Shown in pieces: positions 1-11,011 of a stretch of DNA of 64,000 nt; position 1 is the stretch's first letter, and each line of letters starts with the position of its first letter. Below the pieces are notes generated by a model. That model did no database searches. It saw nothing but the letters and a program-made list of their open reading frames with translations, and was not told the DNA's origin. Position numbers and translations under genes: made by a program. This DNA is from Schizosaccharomyces osmophilus. Taxonomy: Eukaryota. Location of the stretch: assembly GCF_027921745.1 (NCBI RefSeq), contig NC_079239.1, forward strand, positions 1,922,001-1,986,000, read 5' to 3'.

Positions 1-254
1 CATGTTCCTCTGTTTACATTGCTCTATTAGGACTACCACTATAACTCTGTCTACACCGCATTAGTAAACGGAGGTTTTAGTCGCTCTTTTCATACGTTTC
101 CTCGGTGCTCTTCTATTATAATATACGCTAAAGTATAGAATCCCCTTTTTGAGTGGATGAATAAGAATTTACTCAAATGTGAGTAGTATAAACAAAACGT
201 ACAAATCCTCCTTTCTATTTTTTTTTTTGATTAAGTGGTATAGAGTCCTTTAGA

Positions 255-2534
255 ATGAAATTTATATATCTCGTCAATTGTTGTTTACAATTACTCGGTA
301 TCTTCATTTTCCTTTTAGGATTTTTCCCTCACAAAAATGATTCCACGGGGATTGCCAAGAATAACCCATATGCACCTCCGGCTGTAGTTGATCGGGTTAT
401 TTTTATTGTCGTTGATGCGTTTCGCTCCGATTTTGCCTTTTCTGAATCTTTTCACATGCCGTTTCTGCAATCCATTGTCTTCAATACCACCCATGGCTTA
501 GGTTTCTCATCGTACGCTAGATCCCCTACTGTTACAATGCCTAGATTGAAAGCTCTTACGACAGGAACCGTTCCCGGGTTTTTGGATATCTTGCTAAATA
601 TAGCAGAATCGGAAGCCACCTCAAGTTTAACCGGCCAAGATAGCTGGCTACACCAGCTAAACGTTCACGACAAAAAGATTTCCTTCTATGGAGATGATAC
701 ATGGCTTAAGCTTTTTCCTAATGCCTTTACTAACTACGAAGGAACTACTAGCTTTTATGTTGCTGATTATACAGAGGTTGATAATAATGTTACTAGACAC
801 TTCGATCATTTGCTCCCTTCTTCATTTGATGCACTTTCCTGGAATACTTTAATTCTTCACTACCTTGGTGTAGATCATATCGGCCATTTTCAAGGCCCCT
901 CTAGTCCTTTAATGAATACAAAATTAAAGGAGCTAGATCAGATTGTTGCTTCTCTGTACCGTTACCTCGAAGAATATGACCGGCTTACCAATAGTCATTC
1001 TATGATTTTCTTGGTCGGTGATCATGGGATGAATGAGTTGGGAAATCATGGAGGCTCTTCAGTGGGTGAAACAACTGCCGCTCTTTCTATGCTATTTCCC
1101 TCTCTGGATGTCTTCCAAAAGAATTCACTTCACGAACCGCCTCCAGAAAATCCGTATCAACTTATGACTATGGTGGAGCAAGTTGATATCGTTCCTACAT
1201 TATGCTTACTTTCAGGTATTCCCATACCGAAAAGTAGTGTTGGCCGTATTGTTTCACCTGCTATTCAGCTTTGGGAATCGAAGGTTGAAGCGAAGAATGC
1301 TCTACTAAGTAACCTGTATCAATTGCTATCACTTAAGCATTCTTTTGAAAAAACTTTCAAACTTGTAGCTGAATATCAACATTTAAGTAACAATGAAATA
1401 TTGGATGCTTTGCAGCAAATACAGCAAGAACTCGTTGTCAAATCGTCCGATTACTCGTTAAGGAAAATGGCTTTTGGAATTACGATACTAGGTTTATGTA
1501 CAATTTTCAATTTGTGTTTTACTCTTATGGAGTACTCTGTTCTTGACATATTGCACTTTACGCCTTTCGTTGTTTTGACAATTGTCTATATGTTTTCAAG
1601 CAGCTTTATCGAAGAAGAACACGTTCTTTGGTATTTCTCGTGTCTTTCGTTAATTTTTTTTCAAGTTCTTGATCAAGCCTCTCTATCAACCACTGGTTAT
1701 CAATTGTGCTTGCTCGGCATTATTATTAGGTGGAATCAAACAGGTCAGAAACATGCCGATCTTCGTGATTTGGTCGATGATTATATAATTCCAAGTCCTT
1801 TTCTTAAAATTGTACTATGTATTGGTTCCAGCTTTATACCCTCTTTTCGTTCACCGTCTCCATTCTCATTTCTTTCTTCTTTTTTGGTTGCAACGTACAA
1901 ACTTTTGTCTGATAATTCTCTTCAAGTTCCTTTGCTTTCTTCAACTGAATCAATTGATCAAGCATCGGTTGCACAACTAATTTGGTGCACTTTAATTGCT
2001 GGTGCATTAGCATCACCACATTTCAAGAATATTCGCTGTCAGCTATCCCTATTTCTCTTGCTGTTGACAAGGATAGAAAATATGGGCCTTTATGTATTGT
2101 ATGAATTATTACAAAGGACATTTCCAAAAGAAGGTATCTACTCTTATTTATTATATTTTCTCATGGAGCCGGTGGCCTTTTTCTCTCTGGGCAATTCGAA
2201 TTCTTTGGCCTCCATCGACTTATCGCAAGGGTATACTGGGATTAAATCTTACAGCATTTATTCAGTAGGAGTTTTATTATTTTGTTCTGTTTTTTCAGGA
2301 CCATTATGGTGGAGCTTCCACCAGCCTAAGGAGTCCATACAAAAATGGCTCCGTCCCACTTTTTTCTTTTCAAGCTTTGCTTTATTTATTTTATCTCTTT
2401 CCTGCTATTTCTTTCGGCATCACTTGTTTATTTGGAGTGTATTTTCCCCTAAACTCTTATATCAGGTTTCTTGGACAATCATGTACGGGCTCACTAAGTT
2501 TTTGCTTCAGAATCTACTAGCATCGTTGGGTTAG
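255..2534 (+). CDS. gpi7: GPI ethanolamine phosphate transferase 2 (Gpi7/PIG-G), 759 aa
   Basis: Alkaline-phosphatase-fold motifs VVDAFRSDF, SPTVTMPRLKALTTG, LHYLGVDHIGH and GDHGM, followed by a multi-TM C-terminus with RHHLFIWSVFSPKLLY. Confidence 0.95.
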   Translation: MKFIYLVNCCLQLLGIFIFLLGFFPHKNDSTGIAKNNPYAPPAVVDRVIFIVVDAFRSDFAFSESFHMPFLQSIVFNTTHGLGFSSYARSPTVTMPRLKALTTGTVPGFLDILLNIAESEATSSLTGQDSWLHQLNVHDKKISFYGDDTWLKLFPNAFTNYEGTTSFYVADYTEVDNNVTRHFDHLLPSSFDALSWNTLILHYLGVDHIGHFQGPSSPLMNTKLKELDQIVASLYRYLEEYDRLTNSHSMIFLVGDHGMNELGNHGGSSVGETTAALSMLFPSLDVFQKNSLHEPPPENPYQLMTMVEQVDIVPTLCLLSGIPIPKSSVGRIVSPAIQLWESKVEAKNALLSNLYQLLSLKHSFEKTFKLVAEYQHLSNNEILDALQQIQQELVVKSSDYSLRKMAFGITILGLCTIFNLCFTLMEYSVLDILHFTPFVVLTIVYMFSSSFIEEEHVLWYFSCLSLIFFQVLDQASLSTTGYQLCLLGIIIRWNQTGQKHADLRDLVDDYIIPSPFLKIVLCIGSSFIPSFRSPSPFSFLSSFLVATYKLLSDNSLQVPLLSSTESIDQASVAQLIWCTLIAGALASPHFKNIRCQLSLFLLLLTRIENMGLYVLYELLQRTFPKEGIYSYLLYFLMEPVAFFSLGNSNSLASIDLSQGYTGIKSYSIYSVGVLLFCSVFSGPLWWSFHQPKESIQKWLRPTFFFSSFALFILSLSCYFFRHHLFIWSVFSPKLLYQVSWTIMYGLTKFLLQNLLASLG

Positions 2535-4496
2535 AAAAGAAGTTTACTAATAGCTGTTGAATGCTGCTTGACCTCAAACAGATGATCTCTCATTAAACAA
2601 TGCTTGCTTACTGGTGTCAGCTGAAGGATTCTGCATATGAGCAAGGTTTTATGGTAGCAAATTGGCGATTTCAATTGAAAATGAAAGAACATATCCTCAT
2701 TTATGTGGGCCTTGCAGGTAAACAAAGCAGTGATGTTTGTTACTGATTGTTCTGTAAAATGACTCACTATTCATTGGGAATGAAAATTACGACCAACTTA
2801 TATCTTAATTAGAGCATCGGTTACCGATTAAGTAACAGTGCTCGAAGCGATTGTCAAACAGTGTATTTGAATTGCAATCTCTAATTGTTTACTTCATATT
2901 GTTCCTTCTTATGTTTTCCTTATAAGAGTGGTTATGCGCTTTGTTCTGAGAGTCAGTTACTCGTTGGGTTGGAAATGTCAACGGTCACATGGAGGAGAGG
3001 TAGGAGGGTCAATATAAAAAAATCAACGGGCCTTCAATTCAATTAGAAAAGACTGGAGAAAGTGCCGTCGAGAATTCCAAAAACTAACTTGATACTGTCA
3101 GAGTTTTACTTACGACAGAAAACTCCAGTCTTATATTTGCAGTTCTTTTTGAATCGATCAAATATATGATTAATAAACCGATTTGTTCCAATAATTATAC
3201 GGTTAATAGGTGGTTATCGTTCCTTTCCTTTTGTATCCTCTTTTTGAAGTTCCAAAGATATATCGTTTAGGCATGAATTGATCAAGGCTGCTGCACAATT
3301 TTTTTGAAAAATAATTTACTTGATCTATGGATTATACTACCAATATAGTTTTGACTGTCTTTATTTCCTCTTCTACCTAACCTGCTGGTAAAGCTGCTTT
3401 TGCCAATACCTGATAGCAATGACTTATACCTACGGTAAATTTATATATGCTTATAGTAATACATATGTTGTCGCTGGATTTGCTATGGCATACTTCAAGC
3501 TGCGGCCGTGATTGCGCAGGATCCGAGATGGCTAACTTGCTTTTTTACAATACTTCCTTCTTTTTATTATTTTGATACCGAAATTATTACGATTTAAGTG
3601 CTATATGAGATGCAACAGGTCGCAGAACGTGAAGTATCCTCACGTAAAATCTCCTTTTTTGACTACGGCTGAGATAATTTTACAGCTTACTGAACATTGA
3701 AGCGCTGTACTAATACTATATGTAAAAATTAAGGATGACTTGATCATACTCAATCGTTCCGCAAAGTTGAAGTTTTATTACTATGCACAAATATACACAT
3801 CAACAAATTTTCAGGCTCGTCCAATCTACTAATATGTACTTTATTAACAAGCCAAAAGATAAGATTTTACTCATTGAGGATTTATCTCGGATGCAGAGTT
3901 TTAGATCAAAATCTTTCTTGCTTTAGATAGAGTACTGTCAATGGGATATATTGGATCGCATTTTTATGTCTATGTACACTGTTTAATAGCTGAGTATAAC
4001 TGATTGTAGCTCGAGAATAAGCTAATAAATGGCTTAAAAATTCAAATATATCTATTCTGGTTATAGAGTTTCAAAGATTATTCGGACAAGACTATGACAA
4101 TAAATTGTATTTCTAACGAGAATACGATCAACCATAAACAGTCCAAGGTTTCCATTATCATAATTTATATTGTATTTTTACATTCTATGGGTTGTATACT
4201 TCGTAAATCTCCTTTTATTGTTTACTCACCAAAATGCAAACAAAGACGATTCTAAAAAAAAAAAAAAAAAAGGTGCGCTTACGAGAAGCAATCTAGGAAG
4301 TAAATTTTTCTTTTCTTTTTTCTAATTAAAAGCCTTCTTTCTCTCAAATAGGAGCTTGATTTTTCTGTATTTTGACGTATTGTAACCTGTTGTGACCAAG
4401 TAACAGACCTATACCCACGATGAGATTCATGAAGAACCTGAGAAGACCCATCATCCTCCGGAATTTTCTTAATTTTTAATTTTGGTAATTTCAAAT

Positions 4497-4998
4497 ATGG
4501 CTGACCCATCTAAAAATCCTATTGCTGATTTGAGCGAAACTCAACAGCTGGAACTCTCCAAATTTATTGAAACTGAACAGCAAAAGGTGAAATTGCAACA
4601 AGGTAAGAAACAAGCAATATAAGGGTATCTGAGTGGTGACTGATTCAAATGTTAGCAATTCATCAGTTTACTGCTACTTGCTGGCCTAAGTGTGTTGGCA
4701 CTATTGGAAACAAGTTTGACAAGAGCGAGGAGCAATGCTTGCAAAATTGTGTGGAAAGGTTTTTGGACTGCAACTTTCACATTATTAAGAGGTAAGTTGG
4801 TAACTTTGGAGATGCCATCAACATGAGTCCTGTAATTTTTTCGATTCATGAACCCTGATGAACGGTTGGCCGAAAACAATATGAAAATGGGTTATACTCT
4901 AACCGACATTTGATGGCTACGTTGATGGACATGGTGTTTGTTGATGATTGTTTCGTTTGCCGAGCTAACTAGTTAGTCTTGAATCGACCAGAAAGTAG
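4497..4998 (+). CDS. tim8: Small Tim chaperone Tim8; exons 4497-4602, 4656-4791, 4977-4998
   Basis: Not in the ORF track. Manual splicing (GTAAGA..TTAG; GTAAGT..GCTAAC..TTAG) gives [48 protein letters not shown]...[25 protein letters not shown] with a twin CX3C motif. Confidence 0.93.
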
Positions 4999-5248
4999 AC
5001 AAAGTTTTGGATGCTAATGAATAAAAATGTCATTTTCATAAATCGCGAAGCAACTGAATAAAAAGAATCCATCTCATGATAATCGTGAGTATTGGCAATC
5101 AGACTGGAAGGAAAAAGTTCCTTAGCTGTAGGTTATGTAAAAAAGGGGTGAAATGCTTACGGGTAGTTTTTTCATTTATATTTTGAGACCACTTCATGAA
5201 AGACTGTCAATCATATTCAGTCCCGTGAACGAAAGCTGTAGTTGCTGT

Positions 5249-6332
5249 TTAACTGGTTTCTTCAGGATGAGAAGGATTTGTGGGATTTAATGGGGATGGT
5301 GTGTTATTGACACCCAAAGTAGTTGACGATAGAGAGCGACCACTAATTCTTGAAAGATCGGTATTCTGTTGGGAAACACTTTGCGCTGATTCTGATGGCT
5401 GGTTGGATGCAGCATTTTCTGTAGTTGGAACATTTGAAGGTTGAGGAAAACGAACCTGAAATATGCATGTAGGGAGATTCGGGCACTGAGCAATCACTTG
5501 TACTGGATACCCAAAAGTATGCATGACTCCTCGAATGAATCCACTAGGGAAATACAGGTACTACACAAAAAATTAGCTTGTTTCCCTTCAAAAGAAAGAT
5601 ATAGATATGGAAACGCTTACCGGAGTTGTATATTCTTTCATTTCTGTTCCAGTGGCAGCTGTCATTTTGGAAAACCAAAAAAAGTAATTGTCCGTAATTA
5701 CAAAAGTCCCCTTATTTCATAGTTAGATATATAGCTTGAATAATACACTGCAAATCTATACCTTTCGATTCGTTTTCAAATTATCCAACTGTTTACGAAA
5801 CACAATGGGCCATAATTCTCGACATAGAAACCGCATAACGTCTATGCTCTCGACAATTCGATTTCTAGTCAATAAAAGCCTATAAAATAGGATTGTCAAG
5901 GTCTGTCCTCCTCGTTCAATCAGCAGCAATAGGGCAGTAGTTCTTTTGCTGTTGCTGTTGCTGTTGCTGCTGAAGAGGGCATACCCAAAGCAATCCCAAT
6001 TAAGTTAGCAACATTTAAAAAAAATAATAAAATAAAAGTAAATATTGGCGTTCGTTCCAATCTTCGTAAGATGAAGCGAAGCGCCGACCGCATTCAATCC
6101 ACTTTCTTTTTTTGTACGGTAAGTGCAACCAATTTTACCTTTCTGCAAGCTTTCTACCTACTTGAAAACCAATGTTTTCAAGAAAACTATAACCCTTTTC
6201 CATCCGTTCATCGTTCGAAACTACCGTTTCTTGTTTTTCAGACAAACGTTTGGCCATATGCACCATTTCAATTAATAAAAAATCAAAAGAAGCCAAGTTT
6301 ACAGACATTGGCAATTGCTGATGAACAATCAT
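5249..6332 (-). CDS. trs33: TRAPP complex subunit Trs33 (Bet3 family); exons 6332-6139, 5879-5762, 5710-5621, 5560-5249
   Basis: The spliced product reads LENIGFQVGRKLAERLLLTRNRIVESIDVMRFLCRELWPIVFRKQLDNLKTNRKGTFVITD...YLYFPSGFIRG, typical of Trs33. All introns are GT-AG. The start could be the second Met (MSVNLAS). Confidence 0.92.
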
Positions 6333-6975
6333 TTTGGATTTTCGATACTTCTATTCAATTTTAGGAGTAGGTGTTTTCGCATGCTCACTCCTTGCTGCTA
6401 CAATTGATAAAGAGAGTGTTTTGGGATGTGATTATTGAATTTCAAAATAATCTTTTTATTTGTATTTACTTTACTATCCCAACATCTTTTGTTACGCTAT
6501 TTACTTTATCTTTCAGAATACTTTCAAAGCTTCCTTCTTTCTTTGGTTATTGTTAGTAGAAGGAAATAAACATAGAACGAATTTCAAAATCAAGTGCGTA
6601 TAAAACAGGCTGCAAAACTTGATATTCAATTTACTCCCAATCATAAGCGTTTTCAGTCTTCGCTTTCAAAGGTAAGCTCAAAAAGTAAAGCAACATAAAT
6701 TTATTAGTATCACTATTATTATTATTTCTATTAATTATACGAGAGAATTATTAATGCGACTCTGGTTGTTGAAAACCGGTTCCTTTTCTTTTTTATTAAT
6801 TTAGTCGTTCCCAGTTAATCATGAAACGTTGAATACATAAAGACCGAGAACCGTGAAAGTGCAGTGCAAAGTTCAAATATGTCCAATTGCACTTTGCTTC
6901 TATATAGTTTGATTAGAGGGAATGAAGGAAGAATCTTTGTAACGGGAGCGGTAGGTGAGAGTTTTTTCTTATTGC

Positions 6976-9900
6976 TTACTGCATAGGAGCACAAGTACAA
7001 AACAAGTTCTTGTCACCATAAGCATCGTCTATACGTGCCACGGTTGGCCAAAATTTGCGTTCAAGAAGTATAGGTAAGGGATACACTGCGCGTTCACGCG
7101 AATAAGGACGGTTCCATTCCTCCGTAACCAAGTCTCTTTGAGGATGAGGTGCATTGGTTAGTAAATTGTTACCCTTAGGCTGTTTGCCCTCCTCAATTTC
7201 ACGGATTTCTTGACGTATAGATATCAAGGCGTCACAAAAACGATCCATTTCATACATACTTTCAGACTCTGTGGGCTCGACCATCAGAGTATTGGTAATA
7301 GGCCAGGATAGAGTCGGTGCATGGAAACTGTAATCTTGTAAACGCTTAGCAATGTCAGTAGCCTCGATACCGGAACTAGCCTTGAATTCACGAGCATCTA
7401 AAATGAATTCATGAGCGCAGCGGTTGTTTTCGTTGGCATAAACGAGCTTGTAATAAGGAGCCAAACGTGCAGCCATATAATTTGCGTTCAACAAAGCAGC
7501 CTTGGAAGCATCACGTAGTCCATCAAGACCCATCATTCTCATATAAGCCCAAGAAATAGGCAAGATGCTAGCAGAACCATAAGGAGAAGAACTAACGGAT
7601 CCAATGGATTTTGAGCCACCACATTGAACAACCGGACTAGAAGGTAAAAAGTCAGCTAAATGACTTTTCACGCAAATAGGGCCAACGCCAGGACCACCAC
7701 CACCGTGAGGTATGCAAAAGGTCTTGTGAAGATTGAAATGACATACATCAGCACCTAAATCGCCAGCTTTGCATAACCCAACCATTGCATTCATATTGGC
7801 GCCATCAAAGTAAACTTGGCCTCCGTTTTGATGGATGATATTTAAGGTCTCCTTTACTCCATGTTCAAAAATACCAAAGGTGCTAGGATAAGTAACCATA
7901 AAAGCAGCCAAATCATTAGAGTATTTCTCGGCCTTTGCTTTTAAGTCATCAAAATCTAAGTTACCATTGCTTAAGCATTTCACGGGAACAACTTTTAAAC
8001 CAGCCATAGCCGCAGAAGCAGGGTTAGTACCATGAGCAGAAACAGGAATTAGGCAAATGTTGCGATGTCCTTCACCTATATATTTCTGGTAGGCACGAAT
8101 TACACTTAATCCTGCATACTCACCAGAAGCCCCAGAATTGGGTTGAAAACTAGCAGCATCAAATCCAGTAAGATTAGTGAGCATCAACTCCAAATCATTA
8201 ATTAAATATTTATAACCCTGCACTTGATCTTTGGGAGCATAAGGATGAATATTGGCAAATTTCGGATTCGAGACAGGGTTCATTTCTGATGCTGCGTTCA
8301 ATTTCATTGTGCAGGAACCAAGAGGAATCATAGCGTGGGCTAGAGAAAGATCTTTGGACTGAAGATAACGAATGTAACGCATCAGTTCAGTCTCAGAGTG
8401 ATATCTGTTAAATACAATGTGTTGCAAATATGGAGTTTGACGACGCAATTCCTCAGGAAAAACAGAAACAGACAATTCTTCAACGGAGTTAACAGACTTG
8501 CCATTGTTTAGGTTTTCAATAAAAGTTTCTGGGCTTGAAGGAATTCCAAAAATGCTAAACAATTGTCTCAAATCTTCACTTGTTATGCTCTCGTCCAAAG
8601 ATAAAGAGACAAACGTGTCACTAACTTTGTGTAAATTGTAACCGTGGGCCAATGCTCTTTCTATTAAAGAGTTAGCACAGTGAACATTGATTGTCAAGGT
8701 GTCGAAAAAATGATTCTTATTCGAAATTTTATAACCTGCACTTTCCAAAGCAAGCTTTAAAACTTGCGTGAGGGAATAAATCCGACTAGCAATATGTTTC
8801 AAGCCTTCAGGTCCGTGGTAAATGGCATAGAACGCGGACATATTAGCCAAAAGAGCTTGAGCAGTACAGACGTTACTCGTAGCCTTTTCACGACGAATAT
8901 GTTGTTCTCTAGTTTGCAAAGCCAACCTATAAGCAGGGTTTCCAAGGCGATCTTTACTGAGACCCACGAGACGACCAGGCAATTTCCTCTTGAATTCATC
9001 TTTACAAGCAAAAAAGCCAGCATGGGGACCACCAAAACCCATTGGTAAACCAAAACGCTGGGTTGAGCCGACAGCAACATCGGCACCCCATTCACCCGGT
9101 GTCTTCATAAGAGTAAGAGCTAGCAAATCTGTGACAGCAACCACGTGCATGTTTGAGGAGTGAGCGGCTGATGCGAGGTGAGTATAGTCGAAAATAGAGC
9201 CATCAGCAGTAGGATACTGCACGAGGATACCAAAAGCATCCTTCTCATTTGCCGTGATAACTTCAGGGGAGATATCAGCTACTTTTACATCAATGTTAAA
9301 ACCGCGAGCGCGAGTGCGAAGAACAGATAATGTGTTGGGGTAAATATTAGAGTCAACCAAAAACGTTTTACGCTTTTTACGATCACCGGCCATGATCATA
9401 ACCATAGCTTCACCTGCCGCAGTGGCTTCATCTAGAAGACTAGCGTTACTGATGCTCAGGCCGGTCAAGTCGGTAACCATCGTTTGATAATTCATCATAG
9501 ACTCCAAACGTCCTTGAGAAATTTCTGTTTGGTAAGGAGTATACTGGGTGTACCATTCCGGATTTTCAAACACATTTCTAATAATGGCAGGAGGAACCTT
9601 AACATTGTAATAGCCCATACCAATAAGAGTTTTTACCAGTTTATTTTTGTTAGCTACATTTTCCGTTAGTTCGCCAACTTCACTTTCTGAGTAATTTGGT
9701 GCTGTATGAGATTTATCAATGTCGAAAGAAGGAAAATGCTTATTGCTATTCTCTTTCGCACGAACATTTCCTGGGATAACGTCATTCAAGAAAGACTCAA
9801 AATCCTTGTAACCAAGCGTAGAAAGTTGATACTCTTGCTCTTCCTTAGAGGGACCGATGTGACGACGACCAAATGTATCTAAAGGAGGTACAAAGTTTTT

Positions 9901-10026
9901 GTGAGAAGTTTTATTGGAATAAGTCAAATGAATGTTCCTCCTTGGTAAGAGAAGCGAACAGTTGCTATGAATGCTTTTGACGATCCCCTGCAAGGAAATG
10001 GTTTTTTTAGACGAAGCGAAAACCAT
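6976..10026 (-). CDS. gcv2: Glycine cleavage system P protein (glycine decarboxylase), 1016 aa
   Basis: YTPYQTEISQGRLE, QTREQHIRREKATSNVCTAQALLAN, PLGSCTMKLN and the PLP-lysine motif HFNLHKTFCIPHGGGGPG; basic N-terminal presequence. Confidence 0.98.
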   Translation of the reverse strand: MVFASSKKTISLQGIVKSIHSNCSLLLPRRNIHLTYSNKTSHKNFVPPLDTFGRRHIGPSKEEQEYQLSTLGYKDFESFLNDVIPGNVRAKENSNKHFPSFDIDKSHTAPNYSESEVGELTENVANKNKLVKTLIGMGYYNVKVPPAIIRNVFENPEWYTQYTPYQTEISQGRLESMMNYQTMVTDLTGLSISNASLLDEATAAGEAMVMIMAGDRKKRKTFLVDSNIYPNTLSVLRTRARGFNIDVKVADISPEVITANEKDAFGILVQYPTADGSIFDYTHLASAAHSSNMHVVAVTDLLALTLMKTPGEWGADVAVGSTQRFGLPMGFGGPHAGFFACKDEFKRKLPGRLVGLSKDRLGNPAYRLALQTREQHIRREKATSNVCTAQALLANMSAFYAIYHGPEGLKHIASRIYSLTQVLKLALESAGYKISNKNHFFDTLTINVHCANSLIERALAHGYNLHKVSDTFVSLSLDESITSEDLRQLFSIFGIPSSPETFIENLNNGKSVNSVEELSVSVFPEELRRQTPYLQHIVFNRYHSETELMRYIRYLQSKDLSLAHAMIPLGSCTMKLNAASEMNPVSNPKFANIHPYAPKDQVQGYKYLINDLELMLTNLTGFDAASFQPNSGASGEYAGLSVIRAYQKYIGEGHRNICLIPVSAHGTNPASAAMAGLKVVPVKCLSNGNLDFDDLKAKAEKYSNDLAAFMVTYPSTFGIFEHGVKETLNIIHQNGGQVYFDGANMNAMVGLCKAGDLGADVCHFNLHKTFCIPHGGGGPGVGPICVKSHLADFLPSSPVVQCGGSKSIGSVSSSPYGSASILPISWAYMRMMGLDGLRDASKAALLNANYMAARLAPYYKLVYANENNRCAHEFILDAREFKASSGIEATDIAKRLQDYSFHAPTLSWPITNTLMVEPTESESMYEMDRFCDALISIRQEIREIEEGKQPKGNNLLTNAPHPQRDLVTEEWNRPYSRERAVYPLPILLERKFWPTVARIDDAYGDKNLFCTCAPMQ

Positions 10027-11011
10027 GCCAACGAAGTAGCCCGTTTCGCGAGCTGAAGGGACACCAAGGGTTCAGAATTTGAAATAAAGTAAGCAATTCA
10101 AATTTGCTAATAGACCAGATCCGTGTATAAAAGAGCTGAAATTGACGACCTTAGTATTGATGAGATAATTCACTAATTCGGTGTGCAATTGTAAGCATTC
10201 AGCAATTGATTTTTTTGTTGACTACTGCAGCAGATTTAGGCAACTGGTAAATATATATATAAATAAAAAAAAGAGTATCATGATTGTCTTCATGCGAGAT
10301 AGCAAAATAATCCCCGTGTGTTTACACCTGCTACCTTTGGCACTCGAGTAACATGAAATTTTTTTGTTTACGTCGAGTGAAAAGCTGCGATTATTGAAAA
10401 CAAGATTAACAAATTTGATGGGTAACGATGATTACCATTAAGAAGACCGTTCTTTTGTCATATTATGTATGCATACTGTTTAGTTTAGCAAATCTGTTGG
10501 TCGAAAAGAATCCTTACTCCAGCATATAAAATCTGAATGTGGCATTTCTTCTATTACCTTGGTTCTTGTAAGATTTTTTAAATGTACATATACATATTAT
10601 CTTAATTTTCATTTATTTTTTTTTTAGACGAAGAGGAAGGAAGCATGAGTTTTGTTGACGTATTCAAATATGTGAAAATTCGCGATAATTTCACGGCTCC
10701 TGCTTGACTGCAAACTTCACAAATCCATCCTCATGGATGTTTATGTGTAATTTAAACATACTTAATAGTGATATGCGGCATTGCTCTTTTATTTCTTATA
10801 ACATCGGTCAGCTTTCCTATGGTTGCTTTCCAAGTATTTCAATGAAAACTGTTTGAATGCTGTTTTAAGATAAAGTGGTGTTCCTTGCTCTACAGTTGCA
10901 CTTTAAATAAGTAAATTTGAGTAAAGATACAGACAACTCCAGGTCCCAATGAAAATCCAAATGAAAACATTATTATATAGATGACCTAGTTACTTTGTGG
11001 ATATGTCAGCC

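Noticed and set aside
2531..2767. 78-aa minus-strand ORF overlapping the gpi7 stop
   Set aside because: Short, no motif, no splice model; probably chance.
4851..4893. Hammerhead ribozyme in tim8 intron 2 (CTGATGA...GAAA)
   Set aside because: Stem II does not close next to GAAA, and there is no stem III or UH cleavage site in the right register.
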